Assembly: GCA_024231215.1 (NCBI GenBank)
Contig: JAAEQR010000142.1
Coordinates: 100,593 to 164,592 of the forward strand
Source: PVC group bacterium
GTDB taxonomy: Bacteria > Omnitrophota > Gorgyraeia > B26-G9
Length of the DNA stretch: 64,000 nucleotides
Reading direction: 5' to 3'
This document shows, piece after piece, positions 21,165 through 31,233 of this stretch. The notes beneath the pieces are model-generated. The model did not search any database, was not told where the DNA came from, and saw nothing but the letters and a program-made list of their open reading frames with translations. The position numbers were made by a program, and so were the translations under genes. The first letter of the stretch is position 1; every line of letters begins with the position of its first letter.

Positions 21165-21536
21165 TTGTATAATATTTTTATGCAATCAAAAATATCTCTA
21201 TTCACCATTTCAGTATTAATTATTCTATGCATGCTCATATCAATTAATTTTGTCTACCACAGCGAAAAAAATAGTATCAACAAGCTAACCGTTGAGGTTA
21301 ATAGCCTGAAATCTCATCTATCAAAATTAGAAAAGAAAATGGGAAAAGATGGAGATCTAATAATAAAAATGAGGGAAAAGCTAAGACATACTAAATTATT
21401 ATATAAAAACGACTATGATAGTTATATTGCATTGATTGACTCATATACAGAACTACAGCAAATACTCAAAGACGAGCGCAAAGAATATGAATCATTACTC
21501 CAGGATTACAATACCAAAAAAAAACGCCTGCAATAA
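21165..21536 (+). CDS. small membrane-anchored coiled-coil protein, hypothetical
   Basis: 123 aa; one N-terminal TM helix then a heptad-rich K/E region; no recognisable domain. Confidence 0.4.
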   Translation: MYNIFMQSKISLFTISVLIILCMLISINFVYHSEKNSINKLTVEVNSLKSHLSKLEKKMGKDGDLIIKMREKLRHTKLLYKNDYDSYIALIDSYTELQQILKDERKEYESLLQDYNTKKKRLQ

Positions 21537-21558
21537 AAACATGATTCCCAAAACTCCA

Positions 21559-21587
21559 TTGACTTTTCTTGTAAAACCATTTAAACT
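21559..21587 (+). promoter_or_regulatory. candidate promoter for tRNA-Ala (TTGACT-17-TAAACT)
   Basis: -35/-10-like hexamers with 17-nt spacing, ending about 28 nt before the tRNA 5' end. Confidence 0.35.
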
Positions 21588-21614
21588 AATTTTAGGTATT
21601 TTTTTATCTATACT

Positions 21615-21690
21615 GGGGCTGTAGCTCAGCTGGGAGAGCGTCTGGTTCGCAATCAGAAGGTCATGGGTTCGATCCCCGTCAGCTCCACCA
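21615..21690 (+). tRNA. tRNA-Ala (anticodon CGC)
   Basis: 76-nt cloverleaf folded by hand: 7-bp acceptor stem with the G3:U70 Ala identity pair; anticodon loop TTCGCAA; T-loop GGTTCGATCC; encoded CCA. Confidence 0.85.
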
Positions 21691-21731
21691 GACATGTACA
21701 AGGGTGAGAACCCCAAAAAGAGGTCTTAGGT

Positions 21732-22463
21732 TTGAAAGGGGATAAAACTATGAGAACACCAAATCTAATCATTCCCATCGTTATAACTACACTTATGTTC
21801 AGCTATATCGCTGAATCACAAGCAGAAATAGGTATTGGCAGTACTCGCAAAGAGGTTATTGATACATATGGGCTGCCCTCAGGACAATTAAAAAGCGGTG
21901 ACGAAGAAATACTCACCTATCCGGGAGGACTGCTTACCATCCGCAACGATAAAGTCATAAGCATAGATGATGACTTTGTACAACGCTTAGAATCTCGTAA
22001 AAAAACAAACGCGTTTGAATCTGAACAGAAAGCAAAAGGATTAATTCTTCATAATGGAAAATGGATCACCAAAGCTGAAAAACAATCACAAGAACGCAGC
22101 CAAGCTGAAGAAGAAATAAAACAGAGATTAACCAATGACCCGATACTTGTATTTTCCAATCAAGGTCAAGCCATAGATATTAACGCCCTACTAGTTTCGG
22201 GAAAAATAACAATTATTGATTTTTATGCAGATTGGTGCGGTCCCTGCAAATCAATTTCCCCGCATTTAGAACAGATCGCAAGAAATGACCCGGAAGTTTT
22301 CCTGCGTAAAGTAGATATCGTAACCTGGCAAACTCCGGTTGTTCAGCAATATGCGATCAAAAGCGTCCCTAATATACGTGTATTTAATCGTCGAGGCAAA
22401 ATGATCGGACAACCAACTCATAATATAAATCAGGTGCAAGAGTATATCGAAAAAGCAAAATAA
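21732..22463 (+). CDS. thioredoxin-domain protein with N-terminal signal/anchor and coiled-coil linker
   Basis: 243 aa; C-terminal thioredoxin fold with the WCGPC active site (IDFYADWCGPCKSISP). Confidence 0.75.
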   Translation: MKGDKTMRTPNLIIPIVITTLMFSYIAESQAEIGIGSTRKEVIDTYGLPSGQLKSGDEEILTYPGGLLTIRNDKVISIDDDFVQRLESRKKTNAFESEQKAKGLILHNGKWITKAEKQSQERSQAEEEIKQRLTNDPILVFSNQGQAIDINALLVSGKITIIDFYADWCGPCKSISPHLEQIARNDPEVFLRKVDIVTWQTPVVQQYAIKSVPNIRVFNRRGKMIGQPTHNINQVQEYIEKAK

Positions 22464-22481
22464 TATAAAGGACTACATAGT

Positions 22482-23084
22482 ATGGAAAGATTAGAGAACC
22501 GAAACAAAATACTTGTTACCCAAAAAAAAGAATGGGGAGAAATCTTAAGCGGCTTTGAAACAAAAAATAAATATATTGTAAAAGATGAAAACGGGCAAGC
22601 TATCTATCTAGCCGCAGAAATAGGCGGTTCAGTTCTCGCAAGAATCTTTCTCAAAGCATTGAGACCTTTTACGCTTCACGTTATGGACGAAAAACATCAG
22701 CCTGTTTTAAAACTACAAAGACCGTTCCGATTCTATTTCCATAGAATAGACGTCTTCGATTCAGAAAATAATTTCTTAGGACATATAGAACGGCAGTTTT
22801 CTCTTTTTAGCCGCCAATATTTGGTTTTCAATGAATCCAGACAGCAAATCTGTCAGCTTTACGGCCCTTTCATTCATCCCTGGACATTTCTTATCAAACA
22901 AAGAGGCCGGGAACTCGGCAAGATAACAAAAAAATGGAGCGGCCTCTTTAAAGAAGGCTTTACAGACGCAGACAACTTTGCTGTCTTGTTTCCGGAGGAG
23001 GCAACACTCACAGAAAAAAGCCTATTTTTAAGCGCAGTATTTTTAATCGATTTTGTACACTTTGAAAACACAGGCAACCGGTAA
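22482..23084 (+). CDS. phospholipid scramblase-family protein (PLSCR-like)
   Basis: 200 aa; strikingly similar to eukaryotic PLSCR1 (GFETKNKYIVKDENGQAIYLAAE, ITKKWSGLFKEGFTDADNFAVLFP, FLIDFVHFENTG) as recalled from memory. Confidence 0.7.
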   Translation: MERLENRNKILVTQKKEWGEILSGFETKNKYIVKDENGQAIYLAAEIGGSVLARIFLKALRPFTLHVMDEKHQPVLKLQRPFRFYFHRIDVFDSENNFLGHIERQFSLFSRQYLVFNESRQQICQLYGPFIHPWTFLIKQRGRELGKITKKWSGLFKEGFTDADNFAVLFPEEATLTEKSLFLSAVFLIDFVHFENTGNR

Positions 23085-23100
23085 TTAAAGATAATACTTC

Positions 23101-23604
23101 ATGCAATTTATAGATAAAAAGTTTAAGTATAACAAACGCAGTTATATAATTCAAAGTTTATTAGCAACTTTGTCTATATTTATAGTTTTGCTATTACTCG
23201 ATGCGAAAACCAATGCGGCAATCATCGCATCCTTAGGTGCCAGTTCCTTTATTGCCTTTACCGTTCCCCATGCCTCAAATTCCGGGCCCAGATTCCTGAT
23301 TGGAGGATATACAGTGGGGATTTTATCAGGAGGCATCTGTCATTACTTATCTTTATTAGCATGCTTGCAAAACATCCCGATTATTAACGAATTATCTTAT
23401 ATTTTTTTTGCATCTTTAGCCGTGGGGCTTGCAATCTTCATCATGGTAATCACCAATACAGAACATCCACCTGCTGCGGGGCTTGCATTAGGCCTGGTAT
23501 TTAACGCTTTTAATCACCGTACGTTACTTGTTGTAATTCTCGGGATAATCGCACTTTCACTCATAAAAACATTATTAAAACCTCTCCTGAAAAATTTATT
23601 GTAA
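23101..23604 (+). CDS. HPP-family integral membrane protein
   Basis: 167 aa, 4-5 TM helices; conserved EHPPAAG motif. Confidence 0.7.
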   Translation: MQFIDKKFKYNKRSYIIQSLLATLSIFIVLLLLDAKTNAAIIASLGASSFIAFTVPHASNSGPRFLIGGYTVGILSGGICHYLSLLACLQNIPIINELSYIFFASLAVGLAIFIMVITNTEHPPAAGLALGLVFNAFNHRTLLVVILGIIALSLIKTLLKPLLKNLL

Positions 23605-23675
23605 ATTATTTTCTTGTACCTCGCCCAAAGTATGCTAAAATAATCTCAGATCGTGGTTAACCAATTAGGGGATAA

Positions 23676-24788
23676 GTGGTTATGTTATTAAATCGCCGAG
23701 TTTTCTTAAAAACATCTCTTGCCGCCGGCAGTTATTTACTAGGCAGCACCTTACCAATACTAAACGCCCAAACAATAAATCCAAAAGAAGCCCTGCATTA
23801 TATCCCTCTAGCTAATTCAAGTGTCCAATGCCAACGCTGTCCTCATAGTTGTGTTATCACAAAAGGAGAGCGGGGATTCTGTAGAGTAAGAGAAAACAAC
23901 GATGGGAAATTATACAATATAGTCTACGGAAAACCATGTGCTGTACACGTAGACCCGATTGAAAAAAAACCCTTATTCCATGTATTGCCCGGGACCATGT
24001 CTTTCTCAATCGCTACAGTCGGATGCAACTTAACTTGCAAATTCTGTCAAAATTGGCAAATATCCCAAGCCTCCCCGGAAAACGTACAAACAGTAGAAAT
24101 GCCTCCGGAATTAATTGTATCAAAAGCATTAAAAACAAAATGTAAAACAATAGCCTATACCTATACTGAAGCATCTGTATTTTATGAATACATGCTGGAT
24201 ATCGCAAAAATCGCCCAGGATAACGATATCAAAAACGTAATACATTCTAACGGATTTATAAATCCCAAGCCGCTAAAAGAACTCTGCCCGTATATCACCG
24301 CCATGAATGTCGATCTTAAGGGATTTTCCGAAAATTATTACAATGAAATCTGCTCGGGAAATCTTAAAACAGTATTAAACAGTTTATGTACAATAAAAGA
24401 GCAGGGGGTCTGGCTTGAACTCACAAATCTTCTTATTCCAACCTTAAATGACAGTACAAAAAAAATAAAAGAAATGTGCTCATGGATAAAAAATAATCTA
24501 GGGAATGATGTACCTATACATTTTTCGCGTTTCTTTCCAACATACAAGCTTACCACTTTACCGCCAACTCCGGTAAGCACACTAGAGAACGCAAGAAATA
24601 TCGCTCTTGATGTCGGGCTAAAGTTTGTTTATATCGGAAACCTTCCCGGGCATGCAGCAGAAAATACATATTGTCCACATTGCAACAATGTAATTATAAA
24701 AAGAAGCGGTTATACAGTTTTAGAAAACACGATCAATAACGGGAACTGTACGATATGCGGCAATTCAATTCAAGGAGTATGGACATGA
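23676..24788 (+). CDS. amrS: AmmeMemoRadiSam system radical SAM enzyme, with a predicted twin-arginine (Tat) signal peptide
   Basis: 370 aa; CNLTCKFCQNW CxxxCxxC radical SAM motif in a PflA-like fold; N-terminus NRRVFLKTSLAAGSYLLGSTLPILNAQ matches Tat RRxFLK; additional Cys pairs (CQRCPHSC, CPHCNN, CTIC). Confidence 0.85.
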   Translation: MVMLLNRRVFLKTSLAAGSYLLGSTLPILNAQTINPKEALHYIPLANSSVQCQRCPHSCVITKGERGFCRVRENNDGKLYNIVYGKPCAVHVDPIEKKPLFHVLPGTMSFSIATVGCNLTCKFCQNWQISQASPENVQTVEMPPELIVSKALKTKCKTIAYTYTEASVFYEYMLDIAKIAQDNDIKNVIHSNGFINPKPLKELCPYITAMNVDLKGFSENYYNEICSGNLKTVLNSLCTIKEQGVWLELTNLLIPTLNDSTKKIKEMCSWIKNNLGNDVPIHFSRFFPTYKLTTLPPTPVSTLENARNIALDVGLKFVYIGNLPGHAAENTYCPHCNNVIIKRSGYTVLENTINNGNCTICGNSIQGVWT

Positions 24789-26257
24789 AAAAAATCCATT
24801 CTATTATACTGGGGATACTCGCAATATTTATTTTCATAATTTTCCATCAATCTCCCGCGCAATCAACAAACATAAAAGAACCTAATGTTAGCGGCAGGTT
24901 TTATCCTTCTGCCCCATACACATTGACCAATATGATTGATAATTATCTCAAAGCAGCGCAACCTCCTGAAATCTCAGGCACAATATACGGACTTATCAGC
25001 CCCCATGCCGGGTATATATATTCCGGGCCGGTAGCTGCCTACGGATATAAAACTATTGCCGAAAAAAGCTATAAAACAGTAGTTATCATCTCTCCCAGTC
25101 ATTATAAATATCTCACCAATGCTGTTGTTTATAAAACCGGTGCTTTTCAAACACCATTGGGAAACGCACGCATAGATTCTTCTTTCACTGCGAAATTGTT
25201 AAAATTAAATACTGATATTGTGCAGATGCCTTCGGTTTTTGAAAAAGAACATGCACTTGAAGTACAAATACCTTTTCTTCAAAGAACACTTAAAAATTTT
25301 AAAATTGTACCGATAATCATGGGCAACAATTCCTACGATCTCTGCAACAGTCTTGCTGAGAGTTTAGCCGCAATAATTAAAGACCGGGATGATGTGCTGA
25401 TCATTGCCAGTTCTGACATGTCGCATTACCACGATCAGGAGAAAGCAAAAGCAATAGATGAACAAACCATGGATATTATTAAAAGCTTTGATACATCAGA
25501 ACTATTGAAAAAAACTGCAGAAAAAGAAATAGAACTCTGCGGCAGCGGGCCGGTAGCAACATTACTGCTTACTATGGAAAAAATGGGTGTCTCTAATATT
25601 CAAAAATTAAACTATGCTACATCCTGGGATACCATGGGTTCCAATAAAAACAAAGTTGTCGGGTACTGCAGCTTTGTTTTTTCAAAAAGGAGATATGATA
25701 TGTTAAAAGAGAATATGTTAAGTGAAATACAAAAAAATAAGTTATTAGTATTAGCCCGGCAATCAATCAGAGAATTCGTTACCCATCGCCAGCACCCCAG
25801 AATTGTTAACAATGATCCGGATCTAACTATAAAACAAGGAGCATTTGTAACAATCAAAAAGAATGGACAATTGCGCGGCTGCATTGGGCGCATTATCGCA
25901 GATACCCCGCTAATCAACACGGTGAGCGAAGTAGCTATCCAGGCCGCGACCGAAGACCCGCGTTTTCCACCGTTAAAGGAAGACGAACTAGATCAAATAC
26001 ATTTAGAAATTTCCGTAATGTCACCACTTAAGTTAATATCCAATATTGATGAAATTGAAGTAGGTAAGCACGGCCTGATCATACGCAAAGGATTTTCTTC
26101 CGGATTATTGCTGCCCCAGGTAGCTACAGAATATAATTGGTCTAAAGAAGAGTTCTTAGAACATACGTGTATGAAGGCTGGATTAAGATCAGATGAATGG
26201 AAAAATAATGCGCAAATGTATATTTTTAGCGCAGAAGTATTTGGAGAAAAAGAATAA
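24785..26257 (+). CDS. fused AmmeMemoRadiSam system protein B (Memo-like) + protein A (AMMECR1 domain), with N-terminal signal/anchor
   Basis: Start chosen at the ATG overlapping the amrS TGA (ATGA) with an AGGAG RBS 7 nt upstream. N-terminal hydrophobic HSIILGILAIFIFIIF...AQS. Memo motifs (GLISPHAGYIYSGPVAAYGY, IISPSHY, SSDMSHY) then AMMECR1 motifs (GAFVTIKKNGQLRGCIG ... GLLLPQVA). Confidence 0.8.
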   Translation: MKKIHSIILGILAIFIFIIFHQSPAQSTNIKEPNVSGRFYPSAPYTLTNMIDNYLKAAQPPEISGTIYGLISPHAGYIYSGPVAAYGYKTIAEKSYKTVVIISPSHYKYLTNAVVYKTGAFQTPLGNARIDSSFTAKLLKLNTDIVQMPSVFEKEHALEVQIPFLQRTLKNFKIVPIIMGNNSYDLCNSLAESLAAIIKDRDDVLIIASSDMSHYHDQEKAKAIDEQTMDIIKSFDTSELLKKTAEKEIELCGSGPVATLLLTMEKMGVSNIQKLNYATSWDTMGSNKNKVVGYCSFVFSKRRYDMLKENMLSEIQKNKLLVLARQSIREFVTHRQHPRIVNNDPDLTIKQGAFVTIKKNGQLRGCIGRIIADTPLINTVSEVAIQAATEDPRFPPLKEDELDQIHLEISVMSPLKLISNIDEIEVGKHGLIIRKGFSSGLLLPQVATEYNWSKEEFLEHTCMKAGLRSDEWKNNAQMYIFSAEVFGEKE

Positions 26258-26341
26258 CCAAATAAACTAAATGAGGTTATTCAGAAAGTTGCGGAAAAAC
26301 TTAAATAATTATGTTATGATGGAGAGGAAAAGGAGATTACT

Positions 26342-26782
26342 ATGTCAAAAATTTTAATTATTCACGGACCTAATTTAAACTTACTCGGCGAAAGAGAACC
26401 CGATGTGTATGGAACTGTAAATCTTGAAAACATCAATCAACAGGCTATAGAATGGGGAAATACACACAGCATAGATATTGACACATTCCAATCCAATCAT
26501 GAAGGTGAAATTGTTGACCAGATTGGTAAAGCCAAAGACACTTACGATGTAATTGTTATAAATCCGGCCGCATATACACATACCAGTGTTGCAATACGTG
26601 ATGCGATAAGTGCTATCGGGATCCCTACAATTGAAGTACATCTCTCAAACATACATGCCAGAGAAGAATTCAGGCACGTATCAACGGTAGCCCCGGTAAG
26701 CCGCGGGCAAATATGTGGATTCGGAATAAAAAGCTATATCCTCGGATTAGAAGCCGCTCTTAGCATAATAAATGAAAAATGA
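26342..26782 (+). CDS. aroQ: type II 3-dehydroquinate dehydratase
   Basis: 146 aa; ILIIHGPNLNLLGEREP..YG, HEGEI, NPAAYTHTSVA motifs. Confidence 0.9.
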   Translation: MSKILIIHGPNLNLLGEREPDVYGTVNLENINQQAIEWGNTHSIDIDTFQSNHEGEIVDQIGKAKDTYDVIVINPAAYTHTSVAIRDAISAIGIPTIEVHLSNIHAREEFRHVSTVAPVSRGQICGFGIKSYILGLEAALSIINEK

Positions 26783-27822
26783 TTAATCAAAAAGTTTTAA
26801 AAATAAAACGTTTTTTAAGACGTAATAACTACGATGCCTTTTTGGTGTCTTCTCCTGAGAATGTAAGCTATATAAGCGGTTTTACCGGAGGGGACTGCCG
26901 CCTGTTAATCACACGCCGGGAAAACATCTTTATTGGTGACTTCCGGTATAAACTACAGGCAAAAAAAGAACTAGACGATGATAGTTTTTGCATTGAAATG
27001 CTATCCTCCAGTATTTTCACTTTATTAAAAGATCTTCTCAAAAAACATAACATATCCTCACTTTGTTTTGAATCTCAATACACAAGCGTAGCTTTTTATA
27101 ATCAACTAACCAAACATCTTAAACGAATAAAACTTATTCCAACAAAAGAAACAATCGAACAACAGAGAATTATAAAAACTCCGAAAGAACTGCAGAACAT
27201 CCAAAAAGCAGTAAATATCACAAAAAAAGGATTTAAGAAACTTAAAACTTTAATCCGGCCGGGAATTACTGAACTCTGGCTCAAACACAAACTAGAGGAA
27301 ATCTTAAAAAGTTATGGAGCGGATGGCCTTTCTTTTGACATTATTGTAGCTTCCGGACTCAACGCCGCAATGCCACACGCGAAGACAACCAACAAAAAAA
27401 TACAGAAAAATGAACCAATCATCGTCGATGCCGGAGCTAACTATAAAGGATATAAATCCGACTTGACAAGAACATTCTTTTTAGGTAAAATGACGCAATA
27501 TGCCCATTATTATAAACTTGTTGCTACAGCGCAAGATAGGGCAATTAAAATAGTCGCTCCTGGGGTAAAAATCAGCACTGTTGACTCTAGGGCCCGAGCA
27601 GTGTTTAAGAAAGATAATTTGCAGGATTTTTTCGGACATGCTTTGGGGCATGGAGTAGGGTTAAATATACATGAAGCCCCAACTATTTCTCAATTGAACA
27701 AACAAAAACTAAAGTCCGGCATGGTTTTTACCGTAGAACCTGGACTTTATATGCCGGAATGGGGCGGAATTCGTATTGAAGATATGGTAACGGTAACAGA
27801 GAAAGGATACAGGGTTTTATAA
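26779..27822 (+). CDS. Xaa-Pro aminopeptidase / M24-family peptidase
   Basis: 347 aa; pita-bread fold motifs DAGA.Y.GY.SD.TRT, HGLGHGVGLNIHE, EPG.Y. Confidence 0.85.
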   Translation: MINQKVLKIKRFLRRNNYDAFLVSSPENVSYISGFTGGDCRLLITRRENIFIGDFRYKLQAKKELDDDSFCIEMLSSSIFTLLKDLLKKHNISSLCFESQYTSVAFYNQLTKHLKRIKLIPTKETIEQQRIIKTPKELQNIQKAVNITKKGFKKLKTLIRPGITELWLKHKLEEILKSYGADGLSFDIIVASGLNAAMPHAKTTNKKIQKNEPIIVDAGANYKGYKSDLTRTFFLGKMTQYAHYYKLVATAQDRAIKIVAPGVKISTVDSRARAVFKKDNLQDFFGHALGHGVGLNIHEAPTISQLNKQKLKSGMVFTVEPGLYMPEWGGIRIEDMVTVTEKGYRVL

Positions 27823-27825
27823 CAG

Positions 27826-28383
27826 ATGATTAGTACAAATCAATTCAAGACAGGTTTAACAATTGAAATCGACGGCGACTTATATGCTATATCTGAATTC
27901 CAACACGTAAAGCCAGGAAAAGGCGGAGCATTTGTCAGAACAAAATTAAAAAATTTACGCACTAAAAAAATGCTTGATAAAACTTTCCGGTCGGAAGAAA
28001 AATTTGAAGAAGCATATATAGAAGAAAAGAAAATGCAGTACTTATATAGAGCGGGGACAACATTCCATTTCATGGACCATGAAACATATGAGGAATTCAG
28101 CCTTGAACAGGAAAAAGTTTCAGATATATCCGGTTTTCTCAAAGAAAATATGGATATTAGTATTGTCTTCTACAAAAGTGAAATTCTTGAGGTAAAATTA
28201 CCAATGTTTATCGAAGCGAAAATTACCGAGACAGAACCTGGGATAAAAGGCGATACAGCTAAATCTTCTTTCAAACCGGCAACCATTGAAACCGGTGCAA
28301 CAATACAAGTTCCATTATTTATCGATCAAAACGACACAATAAAAATAGATACTCGAACCGGAGCATATGTAGAGAGAGTTTAA
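27826..28383 (+). CDS. efp: elongation factor P
   Basis: 185 aa; ISTNQFKTGLTIEIDGDLY...KPGKGGAFVRTKLKNL (KPGKG loop). Confidence 0.92.
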   Translation: MISTNQFKTGLTIEIDGDLYAISEFQHVKPGKGGAFVRTKLKNLRTKKMLDKTFRSEEKFEEAYIEEKKMQYLYRAGTTFHFMDHETYEEFSLEQEKVSDISGFLKENMDISIVFYKSEILEVKLPMFIEAKITETEPGIKGDTAKSSFKPATIETGATIQVPLFIDQNDTIKIDTRTGAYVERV

Positions 28384-28418
28384 CTTAAAATTCCATAACT
28401 ATAACATGGAGAATTAGT

Positions 28419-28874
28419 ATGAACCTAAAAGAAATAAAACAATTAATAGCGTTGATGAATGACAACAACCTCACCGAATTTGAATTAGAACGAGAAGGTT
28501 TTAAAATCCGCCTCAATCGGGGAGGATCAGCAACTGCACAACCTAATATCGTTGTAGAACGAATTGCATCACAAGAACCAGCAGCACCAACACAAGCCGC
28601 CGCTCAATCTGCACCTGCGCCAGTTGCTTCTAACCTTCATGAGATAAAATCACCTATGGTCGGAACATTCTACCAGTCACCTTCTCCCGAATCTCCTCCT
28701 TTTGTGGAAATAGGCACAAACATTGAAATCGGACAGGTAGTTTGTATCATAGAAGCTATGAAACTCATGAACGAAATCAAATCAGAAGTCAAAGGAACAA
28801 TAAAAGAAATCCTTATTGAAAATGGTGATCCGATTGAATTTGGACAGGCATTATTTAGAATAGAACCGAGATAA
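28419..28874 (+). CDS. accB: acetyl-CoA carboxylase biotin carboxyl carrier protein
   Basis: 151 aa; Ala/Pro-rich linker and biotinyl-lysine motif EAMKLMNEI. Confidence 0.9.
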   Translation: MNLKEIKQLIALMNDNNLTEFELEREGFKIRLNRGGSATAQPNIVVERIASQEPAAPTQAAAQSAPAPVASNLHEIKSPMVGTFYQSPSPESPPFVEIGTNIEIGQVVCIIEAMKLMNEIKSEVKGTIKEILIENGDPIEFGQALFRIEPR

Positions 28875-28894
28875 TTACGGAGTAATTATAGACT

Positions 28895-30244
28895 ATGTTT
28901 ACAAAAATATTAATCGCAAATCGTGGCGAAATCGCCTTACGCATAATCCGGGCCTGCAAGGAAATGGGTATCCGGACAGTAGCGGTATATTCTGAGGCTG
29001 ACGCTGATACGATGCATGTGCAGTTTGCTGACGAAGCAGTATGTATCGGCCCAGCTCAGGGTGCAGCAAGTTATCTTAACATTGCCGCAATTATGAGCGC
29101 CGCGGAAATAACTGATGTTGAAGCTATTCATCCGGGATACGGATTTCTAGCTGAAAACGCCCATTTTGCTGAAATCTGCGAATCATGCCATATCAAATTC
29201 ATCGGCCCCACTCCGGAAAACATCCGCACGCTGGGAGATAAAATGGCCGCAAAAGACATGATGCGCAAAGCCGGCATCCCAGTCATTCCCGGATCTATCG
29301 ATATCGTATCAAAAAAAGAAGACGCATTAAAAATTGCCAAAAAGATAAAATATCCGATCATCATCAAAGCTGCAAGCGGCGGTGGCGGAAAAGGAATGCG
29401 TGTAGCACATAATGACGTTCGTTTGGTAAGTTCAATTCTAACCGCACAGACAGAAGCAGAAGCAAATTTTGGAAATCCAAACGTATATCTTGAAAAATAT
29501 TTCGAAAAACCTCGACATGTAGAGATTCAGATACTTGCCGACAAACATAACCACGTTGTTCATTTTGGAGAAAGAGACTGCACAGTTCAAAGAAGACATC
29601 AGAAACTTATCGAAGAATCACCTTCTCCGGCAATTGACGCAAGAATCCGCAAAAAAATGGCAGAAACAGCGGTTCGAATCGCTAAAGTCTCTAATTACGT
29701 TAACGCAGGGACTGTTGAATTTATACTTGATACTGATGGGAAATTTTATTTCATGGAGATGAATACCAGGATCCAAGTAGAACATCCAGTCTCAGAGATG
29801 GTAACCGGAATTGATCTTATAAAAGAACAGATTAGGATTGCTGCCGGAGAAAAAATAGGATATTCCCAAGATGAAATAAAATTTAAAGGAGTAGCTATTG
29901 AATGTCGAATTAATGCTGAGGATCCAGACAACAATTTCATGCCTTCTCCCGGAGTAATAGAAAAATTACATTTCCCGGGGGGCAGAGGCGTACGCGTAGA
30001 CTCTCATGTATATACGGAATATAAAATCCCTCCGTATTATGATTCGATGATCGCTAAGCTCATTGTTTACGGAAAAGACCGAAAAGAAGCAATAAAAATA
30101 ATGCAGCGTGCACTTGATGAATTTGTAATAGATCCGATAAAAACAACAATACCTTTTCATAAATCGGTTTTTAGTAATCCTCAGTTCTTACGCGGAAAAT
30201 ACTACACAAATTTTGCAGATAATCTTTTAGAGAAAAAGAGATAA
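28895..30244 (+). CDS. accC: acetyl-CoA carboxylase biotin carboxylase subunit
   Basis: 449 aa; ATP-grasp [31 protein letters not shown]. Confidence 0.93.
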   Translation: MFTKILIANRGEIALRIIRACKEMGIRTVAVYSEADADTMHVQFADEAVCIGPAQGAASYLNIAAIMSAAEITDVEAIHPGYGFLAENAHFAEICESCHIKFIGPTPENIRTLGDKMAAKDMMRKAGIPVIPGSIDIVSKKEDALKIAKKIKYPIIIKAASGGGGKGMRVAHNDVRLVSSILTAQTEAEANFGNPNVYLEKYFEKPRHVEIQILADKHNHVVHFGERDCTVQRRHQKLIEESPSPAIDARIRKKMAETAVRIAKVSNYVNAGTVEFILDTDGKFYFMEMNTRIQVEHPVSEMVTGIDLIKEQIRIAAGEKIGYSQDEIKFKGVAIECRINAEDPDNNFMPSPGVIEKLHFPGGRGVRVDSHVYTEYKIPPYYDSMIAKLIVYGKDRKEAIKIMQRALDEFVIDPIKTTIPFHKSVFSNPQFLRGKYYTNFADNLLEKKR

Positions 30245-30255
30245 AAGGAGGAACA

Positions 30256-30621
30256 GTGGCTAATAAAGAAAAAACCACGGATTTGGGGATCCTTAAAATT
30301 AATAACGAAGTAATTGCTTCCATTGCAAAACAAGCAGCCTTAGAAGTAGACGGGGTAAAAGGTCTAAAGACTAACCCTCTCTCAATACTTTCTGATTTTT
30401 TCAACAAAGGATATAACAACAAAGGGATAACCCTTGATATAACTGATCGAGACATAAAAATAGGAGTAACGATTATCGTCAAATACGGGGTAAGTATTCC
30501 TGATGTAGCCAGCCTGGTTCAGGAAAACATTCGCACTGCGATAGAAGAAATGACAGGGTTATCGGTAGCAGAGGTAGATGTAGATATCGGTGACCTATAT
30601 GCAGAAAAAAGAGAAAACTAA
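30256..30621 (+). CDS. Asp23/Gls24-family (alkaline shock) protein
   Basis: 121 aa; typical Asp23 architecture (INNEVIASIAKQAALEVDGV...). Confidence 0.75.
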   Translation: MANKEKTTDLGILKINNEVIASIAKQAALEVDGVKGLKTNPLSILSDFFNKGYNNKGITLDITDRDIKIGVTIIVKYGVSIPDVASLVQENIRTAIEEMTGLSVAEVDVDIGDLYAEKREN

Positions 30622-30638
30622 CAAAAGGGGAGGAACGG

Positions 30639-31229
30639 ATGCGAATCTTCAATAAAATAATAGTATTTTTCTATACTCTTATATTTTCCTTGATCGGAGC
30701 ATGTTTAATCATGGTTGCTTCTCATCTTGCAGGATGGATAGATTTAACATTACCAATCGAATATGTCATAGATTTTCCTGACCTTCCGTGGTTATTATTA
30801 TTAAGCGGATCACTGTTAATTCTTGTCAGTCTTTCTCTGGCCAGTATTTCATTTAAGAAGTTTCAGGAAGAAAAAACCATCGGATACGCAACCAACGGAG
30901 GACAAGTAATCATCTCGCTCAGTGCGATTGAAGATTTTATCCGTCGGTTAACCCAACAATTAACAGAAGTCAGAGAATTGCGTTCTGAGGTATTTGTTAC
31001 CCGGCGCGGCATCGAAATTGAAAGCAGAGTTATTCTCTGGTCAACCTCTAACATACCGAATATTACCGAAAGAATTCAGGAAACAATAAAAGGACAAGTG
31101 CAAGAACTTCTTTCCGGAATAGATAAACCGGTCATGGTTAATGTCCATGTTATAAAAATAACTCAAAAACCACCAGAGAAAAATATAAAAGATAAAAAAT
31201 CAAAACAAGAAATTCCTTTTTTAAGGTAA
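30639..31229 (+). CDS. membrane protein, AmaP-like partner of Asp23
   Basis: 196 aa with two N-terminal TM helices directly downstream of the Asp23 gene (a conserved pairing); assignment by context and topology only. Confidence 0.5.
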   Translation: MRIFNKIIVFFYTLIFSLIGACLIMVASHLAGWIDLTLPIEYVIDFPDLPWLLLLSGSLLILVSLSLASISFKKFQEEKTIGYATNGGQVIISLSAIEDFIRRLTQQLTEVRELRSEVFVTRRGIEIESRVILWSTSNIPNITERIQETIKGQVQELLSGIDKPVMVNVHVIKITQKPPEKNIKDKKSKQEIPFLR

Positions 31230-31233
31230 AATC

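Noticed and set aside
21495-21716. 73-aa minus-strand ORF
   Set aside because: It lies entirely over tRNA-Ala and its promoter. The tRNA cloverleaf is unambiguous.
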